DNA from: Amoebophrya sp. A120
Lineage: Eukaryota; Protista; Dinoflagellata
DNA length: 64,000 nucleotides
Assembly (NCBI GenBank): GCA_905178155.1
Contig: CAJINV010000017.1
Span: 1,356,722-1,420,721, forward strand
Direction of reading: 5' to 3'
Below the pieces are notes generated by a model. It ran no database searches and was not told the origin of the DNA. It saw only the letters and a list, made by a program, of their open reading frames with translations. The position numbers were made by a program, and so were the translations under genes. The first letter of the stretch is position 1; each line of letters starts with the position of its first letter. Shown here one piece after another: positions 47,201 to 60,800 of this stretch.

Positions 47201-50200
47201 GCAGGAAGCGGAAGTCGAAGTGCGCACGGGCAGCAGCGGCCGCCTCAAAACGATGGTCGACAACAGAACCAACTGGACCCCCGCAGGATTTCCCGGCCCT
47301 CACCAAATGCAAACGAGCAGCTACTTCCAGATAGCATGCAAAGACGGCGGGACTTGTTCCACACGGTGAAGAAATTTGAAGCCAAGGACAACCTTTTCCC
47401 CAAAGCCTCGCCGGTTACCGGTTTCCCCAACAACCTGCAGGACGAAAGCGGTCTCGCGTCGGGGAAGCTGCGAAACAAAGGCAGCACATCGATGGACCAG
47501 CAGCAAGTACAACCGGGAACAGGGAAGCACCGGACGAAGAAGCAGAAACGACAGCGGAAACTGGAACTGCAGCAGCAGCGCGCGTTGAAGAACAAAAGCG
47601 CGCTGGTGCTGTCCGACGCTCAGCTAGAAGCTTGGCAGACGGAGGAGAACCGGCGGAAGATCACCCACACGTTGGTAGTCCGCCCGGAGATGGAAACTTC
47701 GCTGCGGTTCGGGGGGCCTTCTATTAGCACAGCTGGTGGTCCATCAGGCGTTCTTTCCTCGTTGTACTCCGCAGCGCATCTTCCGGGGAGCAAAGTCCTC
47801 CCAACCTGCACCAGTTTGTTGAAAAACCGGCCGAACGCGCGCCAATACGAGAAGTTTCGGACACAAAAACACTTGTACTATCTCGATCACCCAGACTTGT
47901 TCGTCTCCGCCGAGCAGTTGCAGGACGGAGAGGAGGAATTGAAACACACTTTCGCACGCTGGTACACGGGCTTCCAGCAGGGAAAACCGCCCCTCGTTGG
48001 GAACAAGAATACGAAATCCATGCTCGATCTGGATCAGTTAGGATTGGTGTGGAACAAAGCGGCAGGGGTTGACGTGGCGAGACTGCAATTGTTGAAGCAG
48101 GGTGAAGGGGGTGTTGGTGGGCGTGAGTTTGTTAACCAAGGAGATGACAAGTGGGGTCGAAGCAGTTTTGGGGACAGAAACAGCGACTTCATCATTGACG
48201 ACCACAATAACGATTACGACGCTCCTGGTAGTGCAGGAGCTCGCGCGCGATCAGTACAGAATCAAGACACGAACAGGAGCTTGGTTTCGCCCTCCTGTGT
48301 AGTTGACCAAGGCGGATTTGATATGACCGTACACGATGATGAAAAGCGGTCCCATTCTCCCCCGAAAAAGCGGATCTTTTCGGAGAAGTTGTTCGTGCCG
48401 AGCGAAATGGGCAGTCAGCCACCGGTGGTGGATGTCGAAATGAACAGTCAGCAACAAGTTCTTTCGGATTTGCTGAAAAAAGGAAGGAACCACGATTTCG
48501 ATTCCGAGCAAAATCGAGGTCGTCACCTTGCAAACGTGACGCCGGGCGCTGAACATCAGGAGGTTGTTCCTGGCGTAGGCGTTGATCAAGAGCGAAACAA
48601 AACCAGCAACAACGCCAGCCAACCCGACCGCATGCTGTTCAGCGCCAGAGCCTTCCGACCGGATGCTTTCGGTCATCAGTCCGGATTTCTGGACTCCCAG
48701 CGTGGCCTGTGTTCGCAACCCGACGCATCGTATTTCGTTTCGCAGCAAGACATGCCAGTGCAGCCCGAGTCTTCGCAGCACGGTATGATACTGGACGCAC
48801 AGGCTCAGCGCGCTTTCCTCAACGAGGGAAATTTCTCCGGCAAAGACAGACCTCCACTTTCGCCGATTTTCTCCGACATAGGGTCTCGATCTGTAGTTGG
48901 CGGTGCAGCCGCTGGGGGTTCAGAGAGAAGTGGACGCAGCGGGTCTCCTGTGCGAGGGGACGAGGTTCTTCCCAGGAACCAGCAGAACAGTGCGCCGCTG
49001 TTCTCCTCCGCAGCTTTCGAACCTGGGAGCCTGGTTCCGAGCGCGGAGCCCGTGTCCGATAGGAAAGAAGTAGAAAGAGTTGCGGGAAACCAGGCTGTTG
49101 TTCACAACTACAGCAACAAGATGGAAGAAAGTCAAGACCTCCAACTCCACTTCGAGAACGAGCCAGGAGAACATGATAGAGGTGAATTGCGAGGTCGCAG
49201 TCCCTTGCGCAGGTCACAACCGTCCTCGTTGATACCACAGTATAATCAAGAGGCGCGTGCTGTCAGCAGCGGGGATGGTTGCTCACCGAAGGAAGGCGGC
49301 GGAAGAGGAGTGGTCCATCTAGTACTATCTGGCGATCGAAGACCAGACCAACTGATAGCTCCTGCCCATCAGCAGCATGATCATGTTGAGCAGACGCGTC
49401 TATCGGCTGCCGGCGCTCGCGGGCCTCCACACCGACGCGGCAGCTTTGGCCAGGTAATCACCTCCGCGGCGCAGAATTTGATCCCGGGAACGGCTGCTCG
49501 AAGGAGATTCAACATCGCGGCGGACCATCAACCACGACGAGCAAGCCGAGATATGAGCAATGATGGAGCTGATTTTGAAGACCTGTCTCCGAACCAAATT
49601 GCGGACCAGCAGAACTTTTACATTCCCTCGCCCGGGTTTCTTTCCGCGGACAAATTGTCGCAGCGAGACGATGAGGAGCAAGCGTCCTCCGGTCGTGGAG
49701 GGCCAGCACGGGAGCAGCAACAGGGTGGCACCAGGAGCCTCTTGAAAGGAAATGCACGACAAGGGGAAGTATCAGCAGCAAAGATGATAAGTCCGCAACA
49801 AGCACCTGGTGCTGCAGAAGCAAACGCGCAGCTGCGACAGCTTGACCATCGTGAAGAAGATGCTAATATCGATTTGATTCGCGACAGAAGATCGTCGCAG
49901 TTTCAACGCAGAAGCTTCGCCCTGTGGCGGAATTCGCCTGCTGGGCGGGGTCTTCATGATTTTAACATCAGCGGGCCGGAACTGGAGGAAGAGCAGCTTG
50001 TTGTCGACGCAGAAATCATGAACAACGTCGGTTCACGACAGGAGCAAGCTTCAGCTGCGTCAACATCACAAATAAACATGCAGAGCAACCCCCGCAAAAG
50101 TAGAGCATCGGGAGGAGGAGCCGAAAGAACGCCGGGGGGCCGCTCCATTCATCTCCAGAAGAAAACGCGAGGGGGAGACGTCGAAAATGAAGCAGATGCT

Positions 50201-50716
50201 GGTGGTCATGATGCGCCTCCCTTTGATGTGCAGCACGAAGGTGCGCACGATGATGTCGTCCCTCAGGAGCATTTTTTGGATGAAGGCACAGCTTTCGACC
50301 ACCAGGAAGGCGGCGGTGCCGACAACTACATCAGCCAGGTAGATTTTATGAATTATCCCACGCCCGGCGGTAACCACTCCCTTCCGTCCTCCTCACCGTC
50401 GCTAAAATTCAACTTTCTTCCCGGAAAACCCAAAAACCCAGTAATTCACCGACCCCAGCACGAAAACAAGCTGGCGAAATTTCTGGGCGAAAACCCGCCG
50501 CCGGTACTGCTGGAAAAGTTTTTGACCACGGATACGGAAGATGCCGATAATTGCGGACTTACCAGAACTTGTGATGCGGAGTTCGCAGCGCTCGCGTTTT
50601 ACGAGTTGCTCGAGCTGCGAACGGAGGGCAAGGTGGAAGTAGAACAAGAAGTCGCTTACTGCGATATTCAGATTTTACCATCACCACTCGGAAGTGCGGG
50701 CGGGTTTAATTTGTGA
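41278..50716 (+). CDS. RAD21: Rad21/Rec8 cohesin kleisin, about 2380 aa; exons 41278-41727, 41871-42170, 43831-43921, 44077-45076, 45236-46022, 46202-50716
   Basis: N-terminal domain GPWRSLWLAAHWEKRLKK..ADVNE|IVDDIL..LTLRQHGHLLLGATRVLARKVTY and C-terminal winged helix AALAFYELLELRTEGKVEVEQEVAYCDIQI. Five GT-AG introns, all phase-compatible. Rad21 vs Rec8 is unresolved. Confidence 0.85.
42605..43695. repeat. 104-bp GC-rich tandem repeat, about 10.5 copies, inside kleisin intron 2
   Basis: Unit GCAGCTTTTTGAAGCCGCAAAATCGACCATAGCGTGCGGGGGCGGATCGTGCAGGCACCTGAAAGAGAGTCGCCTGGGGACGTCGATGGCCGCCTCCGGGCGCC starts at 42605, 42709 ... 43437 and 43545. Edge copies are more diverged. Confidence 0.95.
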
Positions 50717-51883
50717 GAAGATACGGCCAGCACGGGCTTCGTTACCGTTGGCGTTGTAGTTATACACTCGGAAGTACTAGTAGGAGCTGGTTTGTCGTGC
50801 CGGTATTTGCTTGTGTCTGTGTTGAGCACACCGAAGCTATATCAAAAAAATTGATGATAATTTTAACTAAAAAAAACTTTCTGGACATGGTTGAGCTGAA
50901 ATTTGACGTATTTTGTCCTGAGAAAAATTCAACATCACGTAGACAGCAATAGATAGACGTAGACAGCAATTTGAGATTTTTCAGTTCTTGAGTTTGTTAC
51001 TTAGCCGAAGATCAATTATACGCAGAACAATGGGTAGGTCCCTGCACCTACTGCTAGAGCCGCCTCGGCCTCGAAACTGCTAAATATAATGAAACTAGTT
51101 ACACCAGACAGAGTATCCGTGTACAACTCTTCCGTCCCTATTCATCACCACCCAGAATGAAATTGTATGGACACTGAAGAAAACCTGTCAGGTTTTCTGA
51201 AGTTGAAATTGTATTCACCATGTATCGATTGTGCTCTAACGCCTGACAACCTCAAGCAATTGATTTGCGGAGTTTGTTTTATTATCCCGATGCCGCCTCT
51301 CTCCTTAACTCGTGCGTGTTGGCATTGTTTACACTTTCGCGGCGACTACAGGTGAAGGTGGTCGCAAACAGTAAAAAACACAGCTTTTCGTGCTTGGTCC
51401 GGTCGTGTCGTTACGTGTCGTTCTTTCGTCAGCGATGTCGTCCATTGAAAGTTTTGGTCGTTCAGACCGTTCATCGTCGTTCATGTGCTCATCGTCTACT
51501 CCTTACAAAAGATAGCATTTTAGAGTCAGGATCATGTCCCTCAATGATTGTTCGACGACGTTGCAGTGTCATTACATACAGATGATACAGTTCGTGCAAA
51601 AATTTATGAGAGCAAGAACTCCACACGGCACTTCTGCACATCGGTCGCTAGTACGTACTTCATCGTGGTGCTGTGTGTTCTACGCAGCTGTCGTGGTTGA
51701 TGTCGCTTTGTTCACTAACCAACTACTACTCAGGACCCCAATCAAAAATGTATTTATCTATCACTGTAGTGCATTTCACTTTACTATGACCATGACCTTG
51801 CCTTCAGCTCCTTTTCGAGAAAAGCGCGCGATTTAGGGAACTAATTTGAGTAGCTCACCCCCGCAACATTACAAACCGGAGCC

Positions 51884-54800
51884 ATGGCGTCCGATCTGCT
51901 CAATTTCGACGTGGAGATGGATGCCCTCTTCGAAGAGGAGCAATTCGAACGCAAGGGGGATTTCTGCTTACGGATTTACGCTTTATCCGAATTGACCAGT
52001 CTGGACACGCTCGCAAGGCTACGGACCTGCGTAAAGACCCTCGACGAGAAAGACATGCCCGACAAAACCATGGTCACGCTGAGCGGCGTTTCGGGTGGCG
52101 CGTTGCAGTTTCTGCTCGATAAGGGAACCAGTTGGGTGGACATTGTTTCGCGGGAAGTGAAGGACAAGGGGAACAAGAAGAAAGACCAAGCTGCCGTCGA
52201 AGACGATAAGGATACTAAAGCAGGCTCATCTACTTCCTTAGTTCCGGGGGGCGATGAAAGTGAAAACAAGGACAAACCACCGAAGACTATTCGTGAGGAA
52301 TACGACCCGACCGAGGGAGAAGCAGGCCTCCTGAACGACACGACAAGGGGGCTACTTCGGAGTAAGAAACCACGGAAGTCGAAGTCCGCTTCCCCGGACA
52401 TCGGCGACAAACACAACCGCGAGAAAAGGAAAAAAGACAAAAAAGAGAAACAAATCAAGCCGGAGTACAGCGAGAATTTGTTCATCAACGAATCATTGTC
52501 CCCGCGCGCCAGGAAAAGAGATAAAATACTGTACGGAAAGGACGAGCTGGATTATGTGAAACCGGGCGTGTGTTTTGGCATCGTGAAGAAGGAAAAGAAA
52601 AGCATTCTGAAGCAGCCGCTGTCGACTACTAGTACTAGAGAAGATGCGAGCGGTCAAGGAGGAGGTCTTGAAGGGTTAAAAGAAGGCTTTGTAGAAGGCC
52701 AAGAGCAGCAGGATGATATAACACAGACAGGCACGACAACTTCAACTACCGGAGATCAACATCAGCAGGGAAACCAGCCCCGCACGCCACCGCCCCAAGT
52801 TCGACAACTCCCGCTTTCGCCAACTGGAGCTACTAGTGCAACTGCGACTTCTGCCCCCCAGCAACCAGGTCAACATCTTCAAGAGCAGCAATCAGCTGAG
52901 GGGGTAACACTCCCCCCAATCAAGCAAGAGAAACCCCAGACACAGGAACAGATCGAGAAAACCATGCAGAAGGAGCTCGCAAAGGAAATGGCGAAGAAGC
53001 AACTTCTTAGCAGCAAATCCATCGTAGTGAAAGACACGAGTGAAAAGGCAATGCCGAAAGCCCCGACCTTCGGCGCTCGCGACAAGGCCGCGGCGATGGG
53101 ACGCCCGATCACGCCGATCGGCGGAAATAGTACTAAAGACCAAAAAAGCGTCGAGTTTAAGGATTTAGACGAGGAGGGGAGGCCAATTTCCGCCGGAAAT
53201 TTCACCGGACAAGAACAAGCAGATAGCAAACCGAAGTACGACACAGAGACGCTGACCGACGTAGACACGAGCTACTTGCACAAGGACTGGAACATGCAAG
53301 AAGCGGAGAAGGAGACGAAGAAGTTGGATAAGTTGAAACCGCAGCCGAAATTCGGGTACACGCACTTGATGTGCATGGGCGTCCACGAATTTCACCACGG
53401 GTTGCGGAATTTGGAAACGTGCATCGAGAGCTACTTGCGGAACACCACCCACAACGCAAACGCCGTTATGTTGAACAGCAATTTGCGGTGCAGGGAGGGA
53501 GGCGTGTTTGATTCGCCCGTGAACATTCTGCCGAAATACCACGTGGAAACCGTCGGCCCCGCGGGTTTCCGGATTGGGTTTCTAGGATTGGTCACCCCGG
53601 ATACGAGGTTTTGTGCGTTGTCCACCGAGGTGAGCAAAAGGTCCGCAGTGACCATGACGGCGACCAGCACTAGTCCGGCGGTGCGGCTACTGACAAGTGG
53701 GAGAGGGAGTTTTCTGAACAGCAGGGGTGCTGATGGAGATCAAACGGAGGACGAATCGAAGGCGACCAACGAACTACTTTCCAGCACGGTGCTCGACCAA
53801 TCGCCGGAAGAGGTGACCACGTCGCACGGCGGGAGTCTGTACCAGAAAAGACGAGGTGGGATGATGTTACAACGCAGCAGCAGCACGTTATTGCAAGATA
53901 TCGGCGAGGTGGGGAGTGTTGAGAACAACCCAAATTTGCGGTTGCAGCAGCCAGAAACCGGGGATCTGGCGGATATTGGCCGTGGTCCACCTAGTACAAG
54001 CGGAAAGCAAATCACGTTTTCCCCGAATTCGCCGAAGAGCCGGCGGATGATGTCACAAGACCAACGCCAGGGCTCGCTTGGGTTGGAAGAGGAGGACGGC
54101 GTGTTTTGGCTGCCCAACGACAAGAACCGGGGTAGAGGACAGGCTCCTCCCGCCTCCATGTCTGCCTCTCCAGGAGCACAGCAAGAGACTACTTATTCCA
54201 CTACGCAAAGTAGACCTTCCGCAGACGTCGATAAGGCAGTAGACCATGGAGGTTCCAGCGCGGATTCCTACGTGAACCCACAGGAAGCGCCAACAGGCGG
54301 TAATAGGCCGATGACGCCGGACGACAACGCTTCGTCCTCCTCTCGGGGCAGAGACATCGCGGTGAGAAGGGGAGCTGCAGGTTTGGCGCCCAGCGTCAGT
54401 AGTGACCACAATTCCGCGGAGGGAAGCCAGGAACTGCAGCTGTCTGGCAGCGGACAGCAGCAGCTCAACAGCGGACATCAAGGAGCTCCTGCTCGTGCGA
54501 CAGAAGGGCAACATCAACCTTCTGCTGCAGCCGCAAAGACATCAAAGCGTGGCGCGTTCATGTCCTCCATGCGGTCGGGGAGCTCCTTGAGCTTGGACGA
54601 GCCCCTGGATTTACCGGTGGACGCCGGCTCCGCCGACGGTGCGGACCGGATCAGCCAGGATATCGACGACGGAGGGTTGGTGGAAAAACCCGCCGATGTT
54701 GTTCCGGCACAGGTTGGGGCGAAGCAGAAACGCTTACAGATGCGAGCGAGGAGTGGTAGCAGCATTCTAGATGAGCCGTTTGACCAAGAGATCGGAGGTG

Positions 54801-57800
54801 CGGTCCAAGAATCGCACGAGCAAGACAAAAAGCCAACCGGTGCCTCGTCAAAACGCCTACAGATGCGGGCAAGAAGTGGTAGCAGCATTCTAGATGAACC
54901 GTTCGATCAGGAGATCGGAGCGGGTGGCCCGGTTGAGCTGCAGCAGGAGCAAAGCAAAAAGCCAACCGGTGCAGCTTCGAAGCGTCTGCAGATGCGGGCG
55001 AGGAGTGGTAGTAGTATACTCGACGACCCGTTCGACCAAGAGATTGGTGCACAACAGGACCACCAGGACATTGCAACTGCTGAGCCTAGTGCTCCTTCTG
55101 GCAATAAGACATTAAAACCCGCTCTTTCGGGTCAATCAAAACGATTGCAGATGCGTGCGCGGTCGGGGAGCAGTATTCTTGACGAGCCTTTCGACCAGGA
55201 AGTCGGAGCTGCGAAAGGGGACCAAGAAGAGCAGCTTTTCCCCGCGCGGCCAAGGATCTTCAAATCGATCGAAGAAGCCTCCGACGAGGCGGACCAGGAC
55301 TCGCGGTCCGCCGTGGATTCCGGGTCCGCAGCGCGGAGCGGCAAGCTGAAGCAGATCGAGTGGGCCAGTGACGTGCGCTTCGGCTCGGACGATGAGGACG
55401 CAAGAATGCAGCAGAAAGCTGGAACCGCAATTATCGGTACTAGTGCTGCTTCGAGGGGGCAGGGAAACAAGCGGAAAATCTTCACGGCCGCGCGGTCCGG
55501 AAGCAGTTTGCTCGACGTACCATACGACTTAGAGATCGGCGTGGCGCCGGAGTTTATTCTGATGCAACAGCAAGACACGGGTGCTGCTGGTTCAGGTTCT
55601 GCCACTGTTCCCTCTACACAGCAAAACGCGAAGCGGAGAATGTTTGGCACGGGGGCGACGCGGAGTGGCAGCAGTCTCGCGCTAGACGAACCCTACGACG
55701 TAGAGATCGGTGGTCCGGTACTGGGACCGCCAAATCAACCGCAGCAAGCCGCCGCTAAGCGCCGAGCGATGATGCGGGCGCGCAGTGGCAGCAGTGTCTT
55801 GGACGAGCCGTATGATGTTGAAATAGGTGCGGCTGGTGTCGGTGCTGCAGCAGCTTTAACCAAGGCTGCTCTGGCCAAGAAGGCCACTTTCGACAGCATC
55901 CAAGAAGAGGACCAGGAGGACCGTCCGGGGAGCGCCCCCGGCGCAGCAGGAGGAGGAATGGTCTCATCTGGCCAACAGGCTACAACAGGAGCAGGAGCTC
56001 CTGGTGGAACGAAAAGCCGGCGCAGCGCATTTTTGACGAACAAGGCAACGCGGTCGGGGAGCAGTTTGCAGCTCGACGAACCATTCGACGTGGAAATCGA
56101 CGAGGGACAGCCTGCTCTTGACAAAGACGCCGACGCCGGTGAACAGCCGACCCTTGGCGGAGGTGCAAGAAGGCGCGCGCTGTTCGACAAGCGCCGGTCC
56201 GGCTCCAGTGTGCTCGACGAACCCTATGACGAGGAGGTCGCGGCAGAACTACAAACGGGAGCAGACCAGCAAAAACCCTCCTCCTTTGCGAAGCGCGGGC
56301 GGATGTTGTCGGGTGGGCGCAGTGGGACTTTGTCGAATCTAGCAGAGATCGATGAGGGGGACGAGGAGCAGAGATCCACGGAAAGCAGTGGCCAGCAATC
56401 CGGGAAAAAACGGTTCGGACCCTCCAGGAGCATCGAGTGGGCCCCGGACGTGGTGTTTGATAAAGATAACGCCGATGAACAAAACGGCGACAATACAGAA
56501 CCAGGAGAACAGCAGCAGCTCTCTGGCCCGCCGGGAGGGAAGCGAAGGTCCTTCGCGGGCGCCACGAGAAGTAGCAGCAGTTTGATGTTGGACGACCCGT
56601 ACGACGTTGAGATAGACCAAGGACAACTAGATGCAGCTGATGAGCTCACAACAACTACCGCGCCAAGGCAAGCCAGACCGAAGCAGGGGATGAAGTCCTT
56701 GCGCACGAGATCCGGCAGCAGTTTGATGCTCGATGAGCCGTATGATATCGAGGTTCTGGGCGGCGATCAGCCGCACAGCACCTCCAAACCATCCGTTGGC
56801 GAGACGAAGCGCTCGTCCTTTGGTCGACGCGCACAAACCGGTTCTTCCACCGCTTTGCAAAAAATCGAGGAGGGCAAAGACGAGGACCAAGAGTTCCTAG
56901 ACGCTTTCGCCGACGAAACGGAAGAAGTTATCGGAGCTGCTGGCGTGTCGGGAACAAAACGAGGTGCGTTTCGTGTTTCCAAATCGATCGAATGGGCCGC
57001 AGATGTGCAGTTCGGGCAGCAGGAGGAGGACCGCGCTGGACAAGAAGAACTAGATGGCACGACAGTATTAAACCCCGCTGCCGCCCGTAAACGGCGGTTC
57101 ATGGCCGCGCGGTCTGGTAGCAGTCTTCTGGATGAGCCGTTCGATGTGGAAGTTCTGGAACATCAAGGGCCTTTGTCTGCTGCAGCGGCGGGGGGAATGA
57201 AGCAAGAGCAGCAAATGAAGCGAAAGAAGTTCATGTCAGCCAGGTCGGGCTCCTCTTTACTCGACCCGGCGTTCGATGAGGAGGTCCCTCTCGAGATCGG
57301 GGAGCTAGACACGCTTGCACCAGTCATGGATCCGAAAAAAGCTTCTGGTACTCAACAGCAGCAAATGCGCTCCAAAGCCTTCCGACAGGGAAGGTCCGGG
57401 AGCAGCTTGGCACTCGACGAGCCGTTCGAAGTCCTCGACGAGACGAAGGAGTTACAGGGTGTGGATTTCTTCCCGCTGTACCCAGTGAGAGAGGATACAG
57501 CGGAACAACAAACCACTCCCGGTCAACATCAGGATCGCAGACTCGCACCTATTCTGAAGAAAAAGCAGTCTGGGTCGACGCAGGACCAAGAATCCGCGAG
57601 TGACAGCATGTCGCAATCCAGTAAAATCCAGGGTGGTACGACCTCCGCCGAACAACAGAGCAAGTTGTTTGGTGCGCAGAACAACAAATCCTCTTCCTCC
57701 ACCACCGGGGGCGGTCCACACGCGAAGATCTCCGCGGACCAGATTGGAACTGCCGATGATCAGGACCAGCCCTTGCTGGAATTCCAGGAAACCCGTTGCG

Positions 57801-60800
57801 CGGCCAATGAAGTCGTCGGGCAGGCGCTGAAACGGACCTCCGCCGTTGATGCGGTTATCGCGTTGACACACCAGTCTACCGCGGAAGATAAGGAATTGAT
57901 GCGGACGGAGCCCGACATCGACATCCTGCTGGGCGGGTTCGAAAGAGAACCACTCGAATGGTACGTGGATGAAAACGGAAAATCCCTGGGGCAGGAGTGG
58001 GACCCGGTGATTCAGAAGTTCATCGCGATTCAGGGCCCGGACCGACTGGCGGTGAAGCCCGGACCGGACGCGGTTTCCGTGTTGGATCTGTGGCTGGTCC
58101 CGGATAATGATGAGGTACTGCAGCAAGACGCACCGAGACCGCCGATTGGGGACACCGAAGAGGACGAGATCACGGAGTTCGACGACGAGCAGCTCACAGA
58201 AGTCATGACGCCGGACCAGAAGTTGCTGCAAAAGATGAACCGGTTTCCGACCGTCGAGCAAAGATCTCCAAGATGGAACCAGCAGCGGACCATGCCGTCG
58301 CGGACCGGTCGCCGGCTGGTGATCGGCCGGCATAGGCACGTGAAATTGGTCCCGACTCGGGCGCACATGAAAGACTACGACGAGAAGGGCTTTGAGCCCG
58401 ATGAGGAGTTTTCGACGATGCTGCACAAGTACCAAAAATTCTTGAATTTGGAAAACATGAACTTACTCCAGTGGACGGATTACGACGATCGGCTGGCGAA
58501 GGTCGCGAGTTGCGAGGAAGATTCCTTCGACCGCATGCGGGAAATGGCACTGGCGGAATACATTTCGCTCGTCCAGAGGATGGACCGCGGGCGCAAGCTG
58601 GGTCGGAACACGACCGAGGACGAGATCAAAGCACTCCGTGCCGTGGAAAACGTCATCGCCGCCGGGCGGCCGACGGTGCACGAGGAATCGGTTTGCTCCG
58701 GGACGGACAACAGCCGAAGGCCAAACTGGACTACCAAGGACGCGGAATGGCGGCAATGCACGTTTCACAGCCTGGTCGCGGACTTGGTTTTACCCGAGTT
58801 GGTCGGTGCGGACGCGAGGGATAGGACTTTACTTTTACTACCTGCGACCCACTACCTCTCCTTCGTTTCCGGTGGGAAGGATTACGGGTTAGACGACCCC
58901 CGGTTCACGCGGTACGAACTGCTAAAAGAGTTCATCCCGCCAATCATCGACGATTTTCCGGAGGGTACCCCCGCGAGTGAGAGGAATAGGCCGAAGGATT
59001 TGAGCAATCAAAAGCGAGCGGAGTTGAGATTGGTGAGGTTGAAAATCTCCGGTTTGGATTTGCTGAAGTTACTGTATGAGTCCGAGGCGTTCCTCCGCGG
59101 GACGAACAGCTACCTCCAGTACGACCACAGCGCAATTTGCATCAACGATTTCACGGACCTGAACTTACCGAAAATTTCCGACAAGGACATGAAGCGCAAC
59201 AAGTTCCCGGGGTTTCCCGGGAAGAAGAAGAAGATGAAATCAGCTGGTGGCAACGCGAGTTCCTACGCACCCTCCACCGCGGGGGATGTGGAGACGCACA
59301 CCGGGGAATCGACGCTAGCGTGGCGCGAGGAGCAGGATAGGATCGAGGAGGAGGCGAGATTGGCGGCGTTGGAGAAGGTGGAAGAGGAGCAGATTGAGGA
59401 AGCATTCTTATCCGTGATGGAGAACGCACGGGCGGATAGGATGGAGGCATGCGGGGGCGTCCTTGGATTCCCGGTGTCTGGTGACAGTTCCGAAATCTCC
59501 GGCTACGATCCGGACGAGAGGCTGGAGGGGTGGGCGTCGAGCAGTGAAAAAGCGGCAGCGGAAAATAAGAAAGACGACGATGACAATTCCGAAAACGGTG
59601 ATAAATCACCTGGCGGTTCCGACTCCGGCGGAGACATGTCCGGGCTAGACCCGGACGACGACGAGAACAAATTGTCGAAGTCCAAGGAGAAGGACAAAAT
59701 CGATTTGTTGGACGCTGAGTCTTTACTTCCCTCCACCGAATCCGACCACTACGACCCGAATGAGATGATCAAAACGAAGGTTCCGGCGGATTTCCAGATC
59801 CTCTCCGTCTTCGGGGAGCAGTTTGATCGCTCGCAGTTTTACCAAATCGTCGTGCCGGGGACTTTATTGCTCCACGAAACGGCGAAGCCGGGGGACCACA
59901 GACTGGTCCAGCCATTGATCGTTGGCGGACAGAGGAAGGTCAGGCCGCGGAAGCGGCAGAAAGCGCAGTTAGAAGAGGAGGAGTCGAGTGAGGATGAGGA
60001 CGAGAAGCGTCGCCGGTACAATGCCGCGCCGCCGGTTCGCGACCAGGTTTACAATTTGTTGAAGGACCAAGTTGCGCCGAGACAGCTCGGGAAGGAGAGT
60101 GTGAAGCCGATCGTGGAAAATTCCCCGTTGCTGGTCGAGTTGGTTCTGAAGCATTTGCTGCAGGATTTGTGGGAAGACTTGTCGCCCTTCTGGTCCAAGT
60201 CGAAGAAGTTCACTTTGGGCGGTTTGAAGCCGCTACCGAAGGATGGCGATATCGATGAGTCGAAACTCCCACCGATCGTCCGGGTCCGAAGACGGCTGCA
60301 CTTGATCCAGCAGATGCAGAGAGGGGAGAAGTTGTACGACATGGAGGACCCGATTGAGGTCCGGAAGGATAAGCAGATGTTGGAGAAGCTCGTCAACCTG
60401 CTCGACAGCGAGCGAGATGTCGCGCCGGAAGAGCTGGTGGAAATTTTGGAAAAGTACCAAAAAGACAACGTGTTGGCGAATTTAGACCCGCGTTTGTTGA
60501 AGCGCGCTCTGAACGAGCGGCTGCCCGCGCCCATGTCGAAGTGGGCGACTTTGCGGTTGCAGGACGAGCCGAGTGGCACGGAGGAATCGTCGTCCGCGAC
60601 TGGCGGTGAGCGGTCGGGCTCAGGACAGGAAGATGGAGAGAAGGAAAAGAGACCTGCAAGTGGTGATCAGGGTTCCGTCGCGAAGTCGGTGGGGACGGGA
60701 GAAAAAGAAAGTTCCGCCGGCGGGGATAAAGATCAGAAATCAGAATCCAAATCCGACAGTCAGAGTTTGAAGGACAGCCACTCACAGAAGGATTCGGACA

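Noticed and set aside
57452-58435. 327-aa minus-strand ORF and similar antisense ORFs under large genes
   Set aside because: Shadow frames of GC3-rich coding sequence with no recognisable motifs.
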